From positions 133,240-197,239 of the IMG/VR virus record IMGVR_UViG_3300020576_006124: 64,000 nucleotides of DNA, one strand, 5' to 3'. Below, in pieces: positions 49,303-57,843 of the stretch (within the stretch, counting starts at the first letter, position 1; each line of letters begins with the position of its first letter). Below the pieces are notes generated by a model. It did not search any database, had not been told where the DNA came from, and saw only the letters and a list, made by a program, of their open reading frames with translations. The translations under genes and the position numbers were made by a program. Origin of the DNA: a virus (taxonomy: Duplodnaviria; Caudoviricetes).

Positions 49303-49450
49303 GTGTTCAATCCCCAATCGAACTCACATTCACTAGGTAACTAGTGGATAGATTAATATTTCTAATGTTTTGGGATTGGTTCTTCCGAAAGGAAGTTCCA
49401 AACAGGAGTCCCTAAGGAGGCTGAGAAGCCTCCCCCATATTAGAGGAACA

Positions 49451-49921
49451 ATGATTACCCCTAACGATTTTTCTACTCTAAAAATAATCAGAGACGTTCT
49501 AGCCTTAGCTGAAGAAAATGAGGATCTAATTTATCCTATATTTCCTTGTTGGACTAACAGTCCTAAAGTAGCCATTTCTGCCCTTCTACGGAAAGTAAGA
49601 AACGGGTGTTCAGGCTTTCCTATCTCGGTTGGAGAGAAGCCCGTAATAAACGATTTAAGTTATCTAATATTTAATAAATCGTATGGTAAGATAATAAAGT
49701 ACAATCTTACCAAAAGATCTGGGAGGATTATTAGAAGTCCTCGTTCCTTTAGAAAAGCCGCCCAAAATTATAATGACTTCAGAGATATTTTCGAGAAAAA
49801 GTACGGCTATGAGTTAGCTCCCGCAGTGCAATACGTATTACAAAAAGGAGCTTACAAAAAACCATATGATTTTCCGAATTCACATACAGGATTTACCTAC
49901 TCAAAACTTAGTAAGAACTAA
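49451..49921 (+). CDS. Hypothetical protein
   Basis: GAGGA RBS before ATG 49451. Confidence 0.6.
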   Translation: MITPNDFSTLKIIRDVLALAEENEDLIYPIFPCWTNSPKVAISALLRKVRNGCSGFPISVGEKPVINDLSYLIFNKSYGKIIKYNLTKRSGRIIRSPRSFRKAAQNYNDFRDIFEKKYGYELAPAVQYVLQKGAYKKPYDFPNSHTGFTYSKLSKN

Positions 49922-49943
49922 GTATACCGGAACTGAGGAACAA

Positions 49944-50117
49944 ATGAAGAAGAAGCAGAATTCTCTGTACGCCTTCTTCAATAAAAAGTTCCCGGATCAA
50001 AAGAGAGTAGTTCTAATTCCAATTACACAGAAAAAGATTTACGATAACATAGGGAGATATAAAGGAACAGTCCCAGTATCCCAAGAGATACCTGAAGACT
50101 GGACTTTCTCCTATTGA
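49944..50117 (+). CDS. Small hypothetical protein
   Basis: GAGGA RBS before ATG 49944. Confidence 0.5.
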   Translation: MKKKQNSLYAFFNKKFPDQKRVVLIPITQKKIYDNIGRYKGTVPVSQEIPEDWTFSY

Positions 50118-50641
50118 GGAAGTTTTGGGTGTTAGGCTTGCCTAGTGTCCAAGGGGGGCATAGGGCCGGGAGTTGTCACAAGCAAACCCTAAGCCCGAAG
50201 CCCCAACCCCGAACCTAGAGGACCAAAGTGGGCTTCAAGAATTGGATTGTAAAGATACAGGATCTGAGTAATCAGTCCACTATGTACCAACTCAATCCAG
50301 GTCGAAAACCAAAAAATAACCACTAGACTCTCTAGGGCTTAAGGAACAACTAAATACTGAGTTGAGCCTTTGGAAACCAAGGATTGGCTTCTGACTAGTC
50401 GAGCTCAAGGATCGAACAGAAATGTTCGGTCTATGATTAAAAAGTTACAAATTTAACTAATTTGCAAAAATCAGCACTTTTTCGCTGTTTTGCAATAGGT
50501 AGTCTTTTGTCTGCTTTATTATACTCGTTTTCAGGCCTTACTTTTAGGAGCCTGTTTTGGGTGATTTCGATGCCTCACTGTCTCGTGATCACTACTTCGT
50601 GCGGTCTGGTTTCCTGTACTGCACCCTTCGGAGAAAACCCT

Positions 50642-50941
50642 ATGACTGACACCATCACTCAAGAACCTCAACCCAAGGAAAGCTTTGCAAAGAAGCTATC
50701 CAATGCTTTCACATCTTCCAATAATTGGAAGAAAGCCCTAGGCTACACAGCCTTGTTCGGAATTGGAGCAGGCGCAATCATTTCCGGATTCACCATCTCG
50801 ATGGCGTTGGCCTCTCAGCTTGCCACTGCTGGAATCATCGGAGTCCTTGTCGCTACTTACATTATCATCCAGGCCGGGGCCTATATGATTGGCTCAGCCA
50901 GTGTAGGTGCAAACAACATGACGGTACTCTCCACAGCATAA
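50642..50941 (+). CDS. Membrane protein
   Basis: GGAG RBS before ATG 50642; hydrophobic helices. Confidence 0.65.
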   Translation: MTDTITQEPQPKESFAKKLSNAFTSSNNWKKALGYTALFGIGAGAIISGFTISMALASQLATAGIIGVLVATYIIIQAGAYMIGSASVGANNMTVLSTA

Positions 50942-50948
50942 CCAGTTT

Positions 50949-51034
50949 GCTGGGGTGGCGTAATGGTAGCCGCAGGGGACTTAAAATCCCTTGCCTGTAA
51001 GGGCGTGAGGGTTCGAGTCCCTCTCCCAGCACCA
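50949..51034 (+). tRNA. tRNA-Leu(TAA)
   Basis: Cloverleaf with long variable arm; loop CTTAAAA; ACCA end. Confidence 0.92.
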
Positions 51035-51142
51035 TCAGCAAAACAGTATCCGAGGAATACTTTAGTCTAACAGACTTAAACCGATTGATATTGAGTAGAC
51101 TTAATTGTCTTCATCAGATCATAGGATCCTCACCAGTTTTTT

Positions 51143-51226
51143 GTGGGATTGGCGTAATGGTAGCCGCAATAGCTTTAGGTGCTATCGTCGAGAGACGTGA
51201 GAGTTCGAGTCTCTCATCCCACACCA
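51143..51226 (+). tRNA. tRNA-Leu(TAG)
   Basis: ATAGC-TTTAGGT-GCTAT; ACCA end. Confidence 0.92.
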
Positions 51227-51231
51227 CATTT

Positions 51232-51307
51232 GGGGTAGTAGCTTAGTGGTTAAAGCTCTCGGCTCATAACCGAGCGATCGTGAGTTCAACTCTCACCTTC
51301 CCCACCA
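51232..51307 (+). tRNA. tRNA(CAT), Ile2-like or elongator Met
   Basis: CTCGG-CTCATAA-CCGAG; ACCA end. Confidence 0.85.
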
Positions 51308-51314
51308 AGAATTC

Positions 51315-51390
51315 GAGACGGTAGCTCAGTCGGTAGAGCAACGCCCTTTTAAGGCGTGGGTCCTGGGTTCGAGCCCCAGTCGTCTCACCA
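51315..51390 (+). tRNA. tRNA-Lys(TTT)
   Basis: ACGCC-CTTTTAA-GGCGT; ACCA end. Confidence 0.93.
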
Positions 51391-51454
51391 AACAATTTTT
51401 CGACCTGACTGTATGAAAAGACATACAAACATTCGTCCAAGGAGATAAATTACC

Positions 51455-51850
51455 ATGATGCTATTCATTATTCTCATTTTGACTGCTGTGTCAGTCTACA
51501 TAGAACTACACGTGTTCAGCCACATGTTCTCGATTAGTATGTTTAGGGGGGAACTTTCGGACCCCCCTATGTCAACTGTAGTGCAACACAAGATTGCACT
51601 ATGGATCGCAAAAGTTTGGTGGGCAGCTTTGCTGTTCTCACTAATGCTTTCGCACTTCCTGGGCTACTTCTTTGGAGCCCATGGAGTAACCGCGCTCGTA
51701 GCGGCTATGCTAAGTACCGTTATTACTAACGTGTACTATCGAGTTTATCTAAATAGATGCTCTCGTCAGCCCAAGCCGTTTAACCTCGCAGAATTTCTTG
51801 TAGGTTGCCTTATTTGGCTACCCAAGAAGTTTTATGAGGCCTTTACCTAG
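51455..51850 (+). CDS. Multi-TM membrane protein
   Basis: RBS AAGGAG; 3-4 TM segments. Confidence 0.7.
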   Translation: MMLFIILILTAVSVYIELHVFSHMFSISMFRGELSDPPMSTVVQHKIALWIAKVWWAALLFSLMLSHFLGYFFGAHGVTALVAAMLSTVITNVYYRVYLNRCSRQPKPFNLAEFLVGCLIWLPKKFYEAFT

Positions 51851-51863
51851 GAGATAAAAAACC

Positions 51864-52604
51864 ATGTCTAAAAAGACTCTAAATCTACCAACCATCAATC
51901 ACCCCCACCTGCCCTCGCTTAATCTTAAGCCAGGAGCCCCAACCACCCCCTACTTCATGCACGCTCTGCGTGGATCAGTCCTCCCATTCGAGGATGGGGA
52001 GGAGCCCCGAGCCGGACTTGTTAAGTTCGGAATGGGTATCTTTCATTCGGGATTTGGCTCATTTGAGTACGATATCAATGAGCCTGTTCAACTTACCTTC
52101 AATCCTTTCGGTACTGAAGGTGTTGAAGCCATGGAAGATGCTCATATCGTACGAGTCATTCAAGGGCAAGTTTTCTACTATCGGTCCCCCAATCAGGAGA
52201 TCAAGAGTAGGCAGGCTCAAGCCTTGAGCTTCTCGTATATGGACAGCATCCATAATGTCACAGGGAACTCAGTTCCGAGTTGTCTTTATGACCCCTTGAC
52301 TTTCCTTCAGGAGGAGGAGTTGGAGGCACTGAAAGATGGTTACTACGACCCCCTACTAATCTCAGAGGAGTTTTACAAGCTGATCACCAATCCCAACCTT
52401 GTAGGTCGGGTTGCTGAAGATCAGGTTTGGAAGTGTGACCTTTCTATCGCACTCGTAATCCCATCCATTGGAGTGGGAAGAAGGGGAACTTCCTCCAGAT
52501 GTAGAATTGTCAGTGAAGTCTCCAATAAGGAGACTCTTACTCTCGGGCGAAACGGGGAGGTACTCACTCACCTGCAAAGCCAGATAGTGCGTAAAACCCT
52601 CTGA
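51864..52604 (+). CDS. Hypothetical protein upstream of RNAP B
   Basis: RBS AGGAG; 246 aa. Confidence 0.7.
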   Translation: MSKKTLNLPTINHPHLPSLNLKPGAPTTPYFMHALRGSVLPFEDGEEPRAGLVKFGMGIFHSGFGSFEYDINEPVQLTFNPFGTEGVEAMEDAHIVRVIQGQVFYYRSPNQEIKSRQAQALSFSYMDSIHNVTGNSVPSCLYDPLTFLQEEELEALKDGYYDPLLISEEFYKLITNPNLVGRVAEDQVWKCDLSIALVIPSIGVGRRGTSSRCRIVSEVSNKETLTLGRNGEVLTHLQSQIVRKTL

Positions 52605-52662
52605 TCCCTGATCAGACATAACTGGGGGGTATTTCTGTGCCCCCCACTGGACTCCTGTAAAT

Positions 52663-54894
52663 ATGAAAGAACTCGCAACAGAGGAGATATCTGGACTAGT
52701 TTTCCAGTATCCCGCAAATAAGTTCGGTATCAAGCCTGCCTGGATTCAAAGTCTCCTTAGAGGAGCCTACAGAGCAGCCATTAGACCTCTCCTTCAGGCT
52801 GGGATTGGGGACATAATTGACTTTCTTGGAGTAACCCTCCGAGGGACTCAATCTCCTGTCTTACTCTCAGCCGAACTAGAACCTGGAACCTACGGAATCG
52901 AAAGAGGATTCATAGTCCTTAACGAACAGTCAGCGCTCGCAAGAGCAGCAGATTGCGATGGTGACAGAGCAATCGTAGATGACAAGTACCCTGGGGTAGT
53001 TCTCAAGTATCCCCAGACTACTTTAAATCCACTGGTGTGGAAAAGAGTAGACTATGTCCCAAAACCCAGACTCTCTTCATTCACGGATAGAGACTTCACC
53101 GTCACTTCTTACAATGAGGAGTCTGACTTCAAGAAGGTCCATGTTCCTGTGGAGACTGGACTGCATACCTGGTCTCTGACTAATATGCAGTTCTATCAAC
53201 ATAAGGGACTACCCTCGATCAATAAGGTAATCAAGACCTTTAGTGACCCTATAAGGTATCAGGTGATCGAAGAGAACGGACTAAAGACCGTTCGTAAGGA
53301 TGGTAAGGATTTATCTGGTCAGAGCCTATTCGAAGAGAACGTATTAAATGTTACTCATCGAATCCCGCGCACTGAGTATATGTGTACTCTTTCTGGTAAC
53401 TCTCTTGGGTCTATGTCCGAGAAGGACGTAGACATCTTGATTGACTGGTTAACTGGGGGTTACATTGACAACGTATACCGAAGGTTCACCAGATTGGACT
53501 TCTCTTTTATCCCTAATGCAACCCCGGATTCTCCTTCGGTTGATATGGACAGAAAAGGGGTCCAGACTGTACAAGTTTCAGTACAGTCTTTGATCAAAAT
53601 GGGAGTTATTAAGATCCATGAGGTCCCAACAGACACAGGACACAACGGATATATCGTCCAACTTCTTGATCCTTCAGGAAAACCTGTAATCTTACAGGAA
53701 GCCAAGAGGAGCGATTTGGTTGCTGGATTCCAATTCGTAGTGTACCCCTCCTTCGGATTCGTAAATGGTTCCCCATCTTTACTATCCTTAACTAGACTTC
53801 TGAATGAGGCTATTGCTTCTATCAGAAATCTTTCCAGAGTCAAGAACAAGGAACACTTCTATTCCGATGGGTACAAATACCATCGGAATAGAATTATGAA
53901 GGCCATCCTGAAGACTGTCGGAATGTACGGAGATATGATCTCCTTACAGAACGGAAGACCTACGGACATAGCTAACTTAATCATCCGGAGTACAGTATGC
54001 TTCCGGTATGATCAGGAGCCTACTTACGAGCAGGCTCTCCAGCTACAACATGTAGTGGGTAAGAAGCTGTGTCTGTCTGGGGGTAAGAGTAAGAATCCTA
54101 GTATCCATAAGTATCTGCTTGCTAGAGAAAATGGAACTCCGATTACTTCTCATCCCGAAGCTCACTGTAGGAGAGCTGGGAACTTGAGAGCTCAACTACT
54201 CCAGTCTCAGCCTATAGGCATCTGTAAAGTTGCCGTACTAAGAACTGGCTCTAATGAGCAGGCTCTTTGTACCCGTCAAGGGAAACCGAAGCAAGTCCTA
54301 AGTCTCCAAAGCCTATCCCTAATCAGTCCAATTGAAACCGAGAAATGTACCGAACCTATTCAGTATAGATCCTGGTCAGGAAAGATTGTTAAAGGATTCC
54401 GAGGAGATCGAGACACATCTATCGAAGTAGGCAAAATCTTGGACTCAAATGGGTTCAAGTGCCAGCTTAGGGAGGTAGATTGGGAGGTAACCGATCAGAA
54501 TGGTGAAGCTATACACTTCATTATTCCGCCCCAGGTCATCCAGGACAAGGGGCTGGATCGGGTTTACTACCCCAAAGGAGAAGTTCAGACAGTACAGGTT
54601 ACCCTTATAGACGAGGAGACTGGGGAAGAACATACCCAATCTTACGAGGCTATTGTGTTTAACCATTTCTTCTTTAGAAGTGGGGACCCTGCTGAGAACA
54701 TTCCACCTGGACCTGTCACCCATCGAGTCACTGGATTTGACTCACTGTCTATTCGTGCCGTACTTGCCATGGAGAGAGGCGTTGATGATCTTGGAATTCC
54801 TTACCCAGAGGAGCAACTCCGAGTTCTAAAGAGAAATCTTAACAACATCTTCTCATTACTCCAGCAAGAAGGCATTTCGACCACAATTGAATAA
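52663..54894 (+). CDS. Putative single-chain two-barrel RNA polymerase B (probable non-virion RNAP), 743 aa
   Basis: [22 protein letters not shown] aligns without gaps to beta' [32 protein letters not shown] (K591/K599)...[13 protein letters not shown] matches beta GDKMAGRHGNK...DENGTPVDIVLNP. Confidence 0.8.
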   Translation: [743 protein letters not shown]

Positions 54895-54938
54895 GTTTTG
54901 GGCAGAGCCCCAATCAATCAAACTAAGGAAAACAAACA

Positions 54939-55889
54939 ATGAAACAACCGTATCGACCCAACTCACACAAACTCACCACTTCAGCGATGCTTCTCGTAAG
55001 CTTTGCTGTCTCAGTCAACTCCCTTACCGCTTGTCAGATGCTCGATCCCAATACAGGCCAAGCCTCTGTTGGTATGGGCCACGTCCAAGAGCTCGTCTTC
55101 AAGGCACAGGAACGTCCTGATATGGCTACTCGGAAACGAGTGCCTACGACTTCAGTCGTTGCAAAGGGCGTTGTGGCTTCGAGCTTCGACTTCATCTGGA
55201 CAGCTGAATTTCAGTTGGACGAGAATCAGACATGCTCTGCGGCTTATCAAGCCAACATCAGTGCCGCATTCAAGCCCAACGTGACCAACAAGCTCAATTA
55301 CATCCTCAACATCAAGCAGGTACTTGAAGGAGAAGAGGGTACAGCTGAGAATGAGGTCATTTACTTCGACAGCATCCTTCAGTTGGAGGAGAAGCTGACG
55401 GAACTGGGTGCTGATCTCTCTACCCTGGAATACTTCCCCGCTGACAACACTCAACCTGTTTCTCGTGAACTGCTGACGGTCAACGTTCTCAAAGGAAACT
55501 CGGAGAGCAACTGGGGAGTCCTCACTCTGAAGACCAGCAACTCTTCGGGTGCAATTATTAAGCACCCGGGAGCAAAGTCTCAAGCTCAGGATGGAGAAGG
55601 ATCTGGTACTACCCGAAACAACAACTACGCGGTTGACAGCGCAGCTACTCCCACACACAACCTGATCAAACAGGCAATTGTGGATATGGCGGAAAACCAG
55701 GATATGGTTGACTTCTTGTCATTCGTTCCTGAACCTCAGAAACCCGCCACCATCGAAGAACTCGAAGCGGCCGCTGGGTCTATGACCACTCTGGTTCCGA
55801 CCAGCGTTAAGGAAGCTGTCATGGCAACCGAGCTCGACCTTGGAGTAGATCTTGAGACTTCTACGGGACTTAAGGGTATTACCCAGTAA
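54939..55889 (+). CDS. Hypothetical protein downstream of RNAP B
   Basis: RBS AAGGA; acidic C-terminus; followed by a terminator. Confidence 0.7.
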   Translation: MKQPYRPNSHKLTTSAMLLVSFAVSVNSLTACQMLDPNTGQASVGMGHVQELVFKAQERPDMATRKRVPTTSVVAKGVVASSFDFIWTAEFQLDENQTCSAAYQANISAAFKPNVTNKLNYILNIKQVLEGEEGTAENEVIYFDSILQLEEKLTELGADLSTLEYFPADNTQPVSRELLTVNVLKGNSESNWGVLTLKTSNSSGAIIKHPGAKSQAQDGEGSGTTRNNNYAVDSAATPTHNLIKQAIVDMAENQDMVDFLSFVPEPQKPATIEELEAAAGSMTTLVPTSVKEAVMATELDLGVDLETSTGLKGITQ

Positions 55890-55904
55890 GACTACAAGAG
55901 TGAT

Positions 55905-55942
55905 AATAGGGGGTATGGAATTCCATACCCCCTATTTTTCTT
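55905..55942 (+). terminator. Intrinsic terminator
   Basis: AATAGGGGGTATGG-AATT-CCATACCCCCTATT-TTT. Confidence 0.85.
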
Positions 55943-55966
55943 TAGACCTAACAGATCCAACGAAGT

Positions 55967-56281
55967 ATGATTGTTCAAGAGGAAAAATTAAAGAACCAGG
56001 CACTTATTATCAATATTATTAACTCCATTGATTTTCATTTAAACTCTATTTTTTCATTATCCATTTTTCCTAGAAAAAATAAAGAAGAATTTAATCATAT
56101 CCTCAATACTTGTAAGTTAAGGGCTGACTCTTTACTTATTGATCTACAGAAGATACAAGAGGATTATCCTTCACCCTTCGTGACTCATGCCCCACTAGAT
56201 GTTTTTGTCTTGTTTAATACTGCCTATCAGCTTCTTTATAAACTTTACTCTCGAATAAGAGAAAATCAAAATTTATTTTAA
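55967..56281 (+). CDS. AT-rich hypothetical protein
   Basis: 104-aa ORF. Confidence 0.55.
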   Translation: MIVQEEKLKNQALIINIINSIDFHLNSIFSLSIFPRKNKEEFNHILNTCKLRADSLLIDLQKIQEDYPSPFVTHAPLDVFVLFNTAYQLLYKLYSRIRENQNLF

Positions 56282-56303
56282 AGTATCTTCTTAAGGGGCT
56301 AGT

Positions 56304-56681
56304 ATGTCTTCTACTTTAGATAAAGAAAAAGAACTATCTATCTTTCTTCTTATTATTAAAATTCAAAGATTATTTGCAAGTAATGGATATCACGTAGAGT
56401 TTATAACTTCTGGTAAGAAAAATATATTAGGTGTAGCCAGTCTAGCCCTTAATGTTTCTAAGGGAGGGGAATCAACTCTTGAAATCTTCCCTATTACACA
56501 TGATGGAAAATCCTTTTTGATTTTAGCCCTCAGATTTTTCTTTATAATAGAAGTGCAGATCTCTGGAGATCCTTCAAGGACTAAGTTATATTCTATAAAG
56601 AGACTGAGAAACTTACTAGACACAAGAATAGATTCCTCATTAAGTTATGAACTTTGTCTCTTACTTCTTAAAGGATTTTAA
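56304..56681 (+). CDS. AT-rich hypothetical protein
   Basis: 125-aa ORF. Confidence 0.55.
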   Translation: MSSTLDKEKELSIFLLIIKIQRLFASNGYHVEFITSGKKNILGVASLALNVSKGGESTLEIFPITHDGKSFLILALRFFFIIEVQISGDPSRTKLYSIKRLRNLLDTRIDSSLSYELCLLLLKGF

Positions 56682-56733
56682 TAAAAAAACATAACAAAAA
56701 CGGGGAGCCTCCACACATACGAGGACATAAACA

Positions 56734-57027
56734 ATGAAGAAAAATCAGAACTACATCATACGGTGCGACCGCGCCGGAGTCTTTTACGGGCAGATAGCCG
56801 AACGACGGGGAAGCGAAGCCGACCTGGTAAACGTTCGACGCATACATGGATGGGATGGAGCCTGCTCCCTCTCCCAAATTGCTACAGAGGGTGTTAAGAC
56901 TACGGGTGGTAATAACCGTTGGAGCGTAGTGGTCCCGTCAATGACCGTACTTGGCGTGATCGAGATTATTCCCGTTCTGGACCAAGCGGATGCTATCTTG
57001 TCGGAAATGCCTGTATGGAAGATTTAG
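56734..57027 (+). CDS. DUF6948-like phage protein
   Basis: YIIRCDRAGVFYG...W.GACSLSQIATEG...IEIIP. Confidence 0.7.
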   Translation: MKKNQNYIIRCDRAGVFYGQIAERRGSEADLVNVRRIHGWDGACSLSQIATEGVKTTGGNNRWSVVVPSMTVLGVIEIIPVLDQADAILSEMPVWKI

Positions 57028-57770
57028 TTAATAGAGTTGTAGCATTTCTTGCCCTTAGCCACGGCTACGGCTCTGGCTCCGGCTATGGCTGCGGTTCTGG
57101 CTACGGCTACGGCTCTGGCTACGGCTCTGGCTACGGCTACGGCTCTGGCTACGGCTCTGGCTATGGCGATGGCTGTGGCGATGGCTATGGCTGCGGTTCT
57201 GGCTACGGCTACGGCTCTGGCTATGGCGATGGCTGTGGCGATGGCTATGGCTGCGGTTCTGGGGACGGCTCTGGGGACGGCGTGACTGCATTTGATGGTG
57301 TACCTGTCTATCAAGTAGATGGTATCGCTACGATCATACGGAGCGTTAAGGGATTTCTGGCGCAGGGCTTCATCCTTGCCTCTGATCTCTCCCTGGTTCC
57401 GACATTTATCGCCCGTGTTGGTGATTCGTTCGCGCACGGGGAAACTGCCAAGAAAGCGGTTGAGGACGCTACTGCAAAGCATGAACAAAAAACGCCTGGT
57501 GCGGAGAGAGTATCTGCGTTTCTTGCGTCCATGTCAGACGACCCAATGACGGGAGCGGAATGGCTGTCAGTACATCGCAGGCTCACGGGGTCTTGTCAGC
57601 AGGGATGTGAAGCTTTTGTTATTGACAGAGGTATCGACCTAAAGTCTACATTCACGCTAGCAGAGTTCATTAGGATGTCCGAAGGGCAGTACGGGGGCGA
57701 CGTGATTGCCGAGCTGAAACGGCAGTCCGACTCCCGGTTCATCAAACCAGAAGTGGGAAGAGAGAAGTGA
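57015..57770 (+). CDS. Gly-Tyr-Gly-Ser/Asp repeat phage protein
   Basis: ATG 57015; GYGSG repeat, then FAHGET, HRRLTGSCQQG. Confidence 0.75.
   Translation: MEDLVNRVVAFLALSHGYGSGSGYGCGSGYGYGSGYGSGYGYGSGYGSGYGDGCGDGYGCGSGYGYGSGYGDGCGDGYGCGSGDGSGDGVTAFDGVPVYQVDGIATIIRSVKGFLAQGFILASDLSLVPTFIARVGDSFAHGETAKKAVEDATAKHEQKTPGAERVSAFLASMSDDPMTGAEWLSVHRRLTGSCQQGCEAFVIDRGIDLKSTFTLAEFIRMSEGQYGGDVIAELKRQSDSRFIKPEVGREK
57063..57280 (+). repeat. GGCTAC/GGCTCT hexamer repeat (coding)
   Basis: Tandem GGCTACGGCTCT/GGCGAT units. Confidence 0.9.
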
Positions 57771-57843
57771 GAGACTGTGAATGAGTCGTATCCCATCCCA
57801 GTTTATAGAGGTTGGAGTATTCCAAGACAACGGCTAAAAAAAC

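Noticed and set aside
49370-49450. N-terminal extension of ORF 49370-49921
   Set aside because: The TTG start lies inside structured RNA; the ATG at 49451 has the RBS.
50115-50440. RNase P RNA or tmRNA
   Set aside because: GAGGAAG and ACAGAA are only superficially similar; GAAAGTCC, AGTGCAACAG, CGGCTTA and a tRNA-like CCA end are missing.
57024-57488. Alternative-frame Ala/Thr or Ser/Arg repeat ORFs
   Set aside because: Shadows of the GGCTAC hexamer repeat in the Gly-rich gene.
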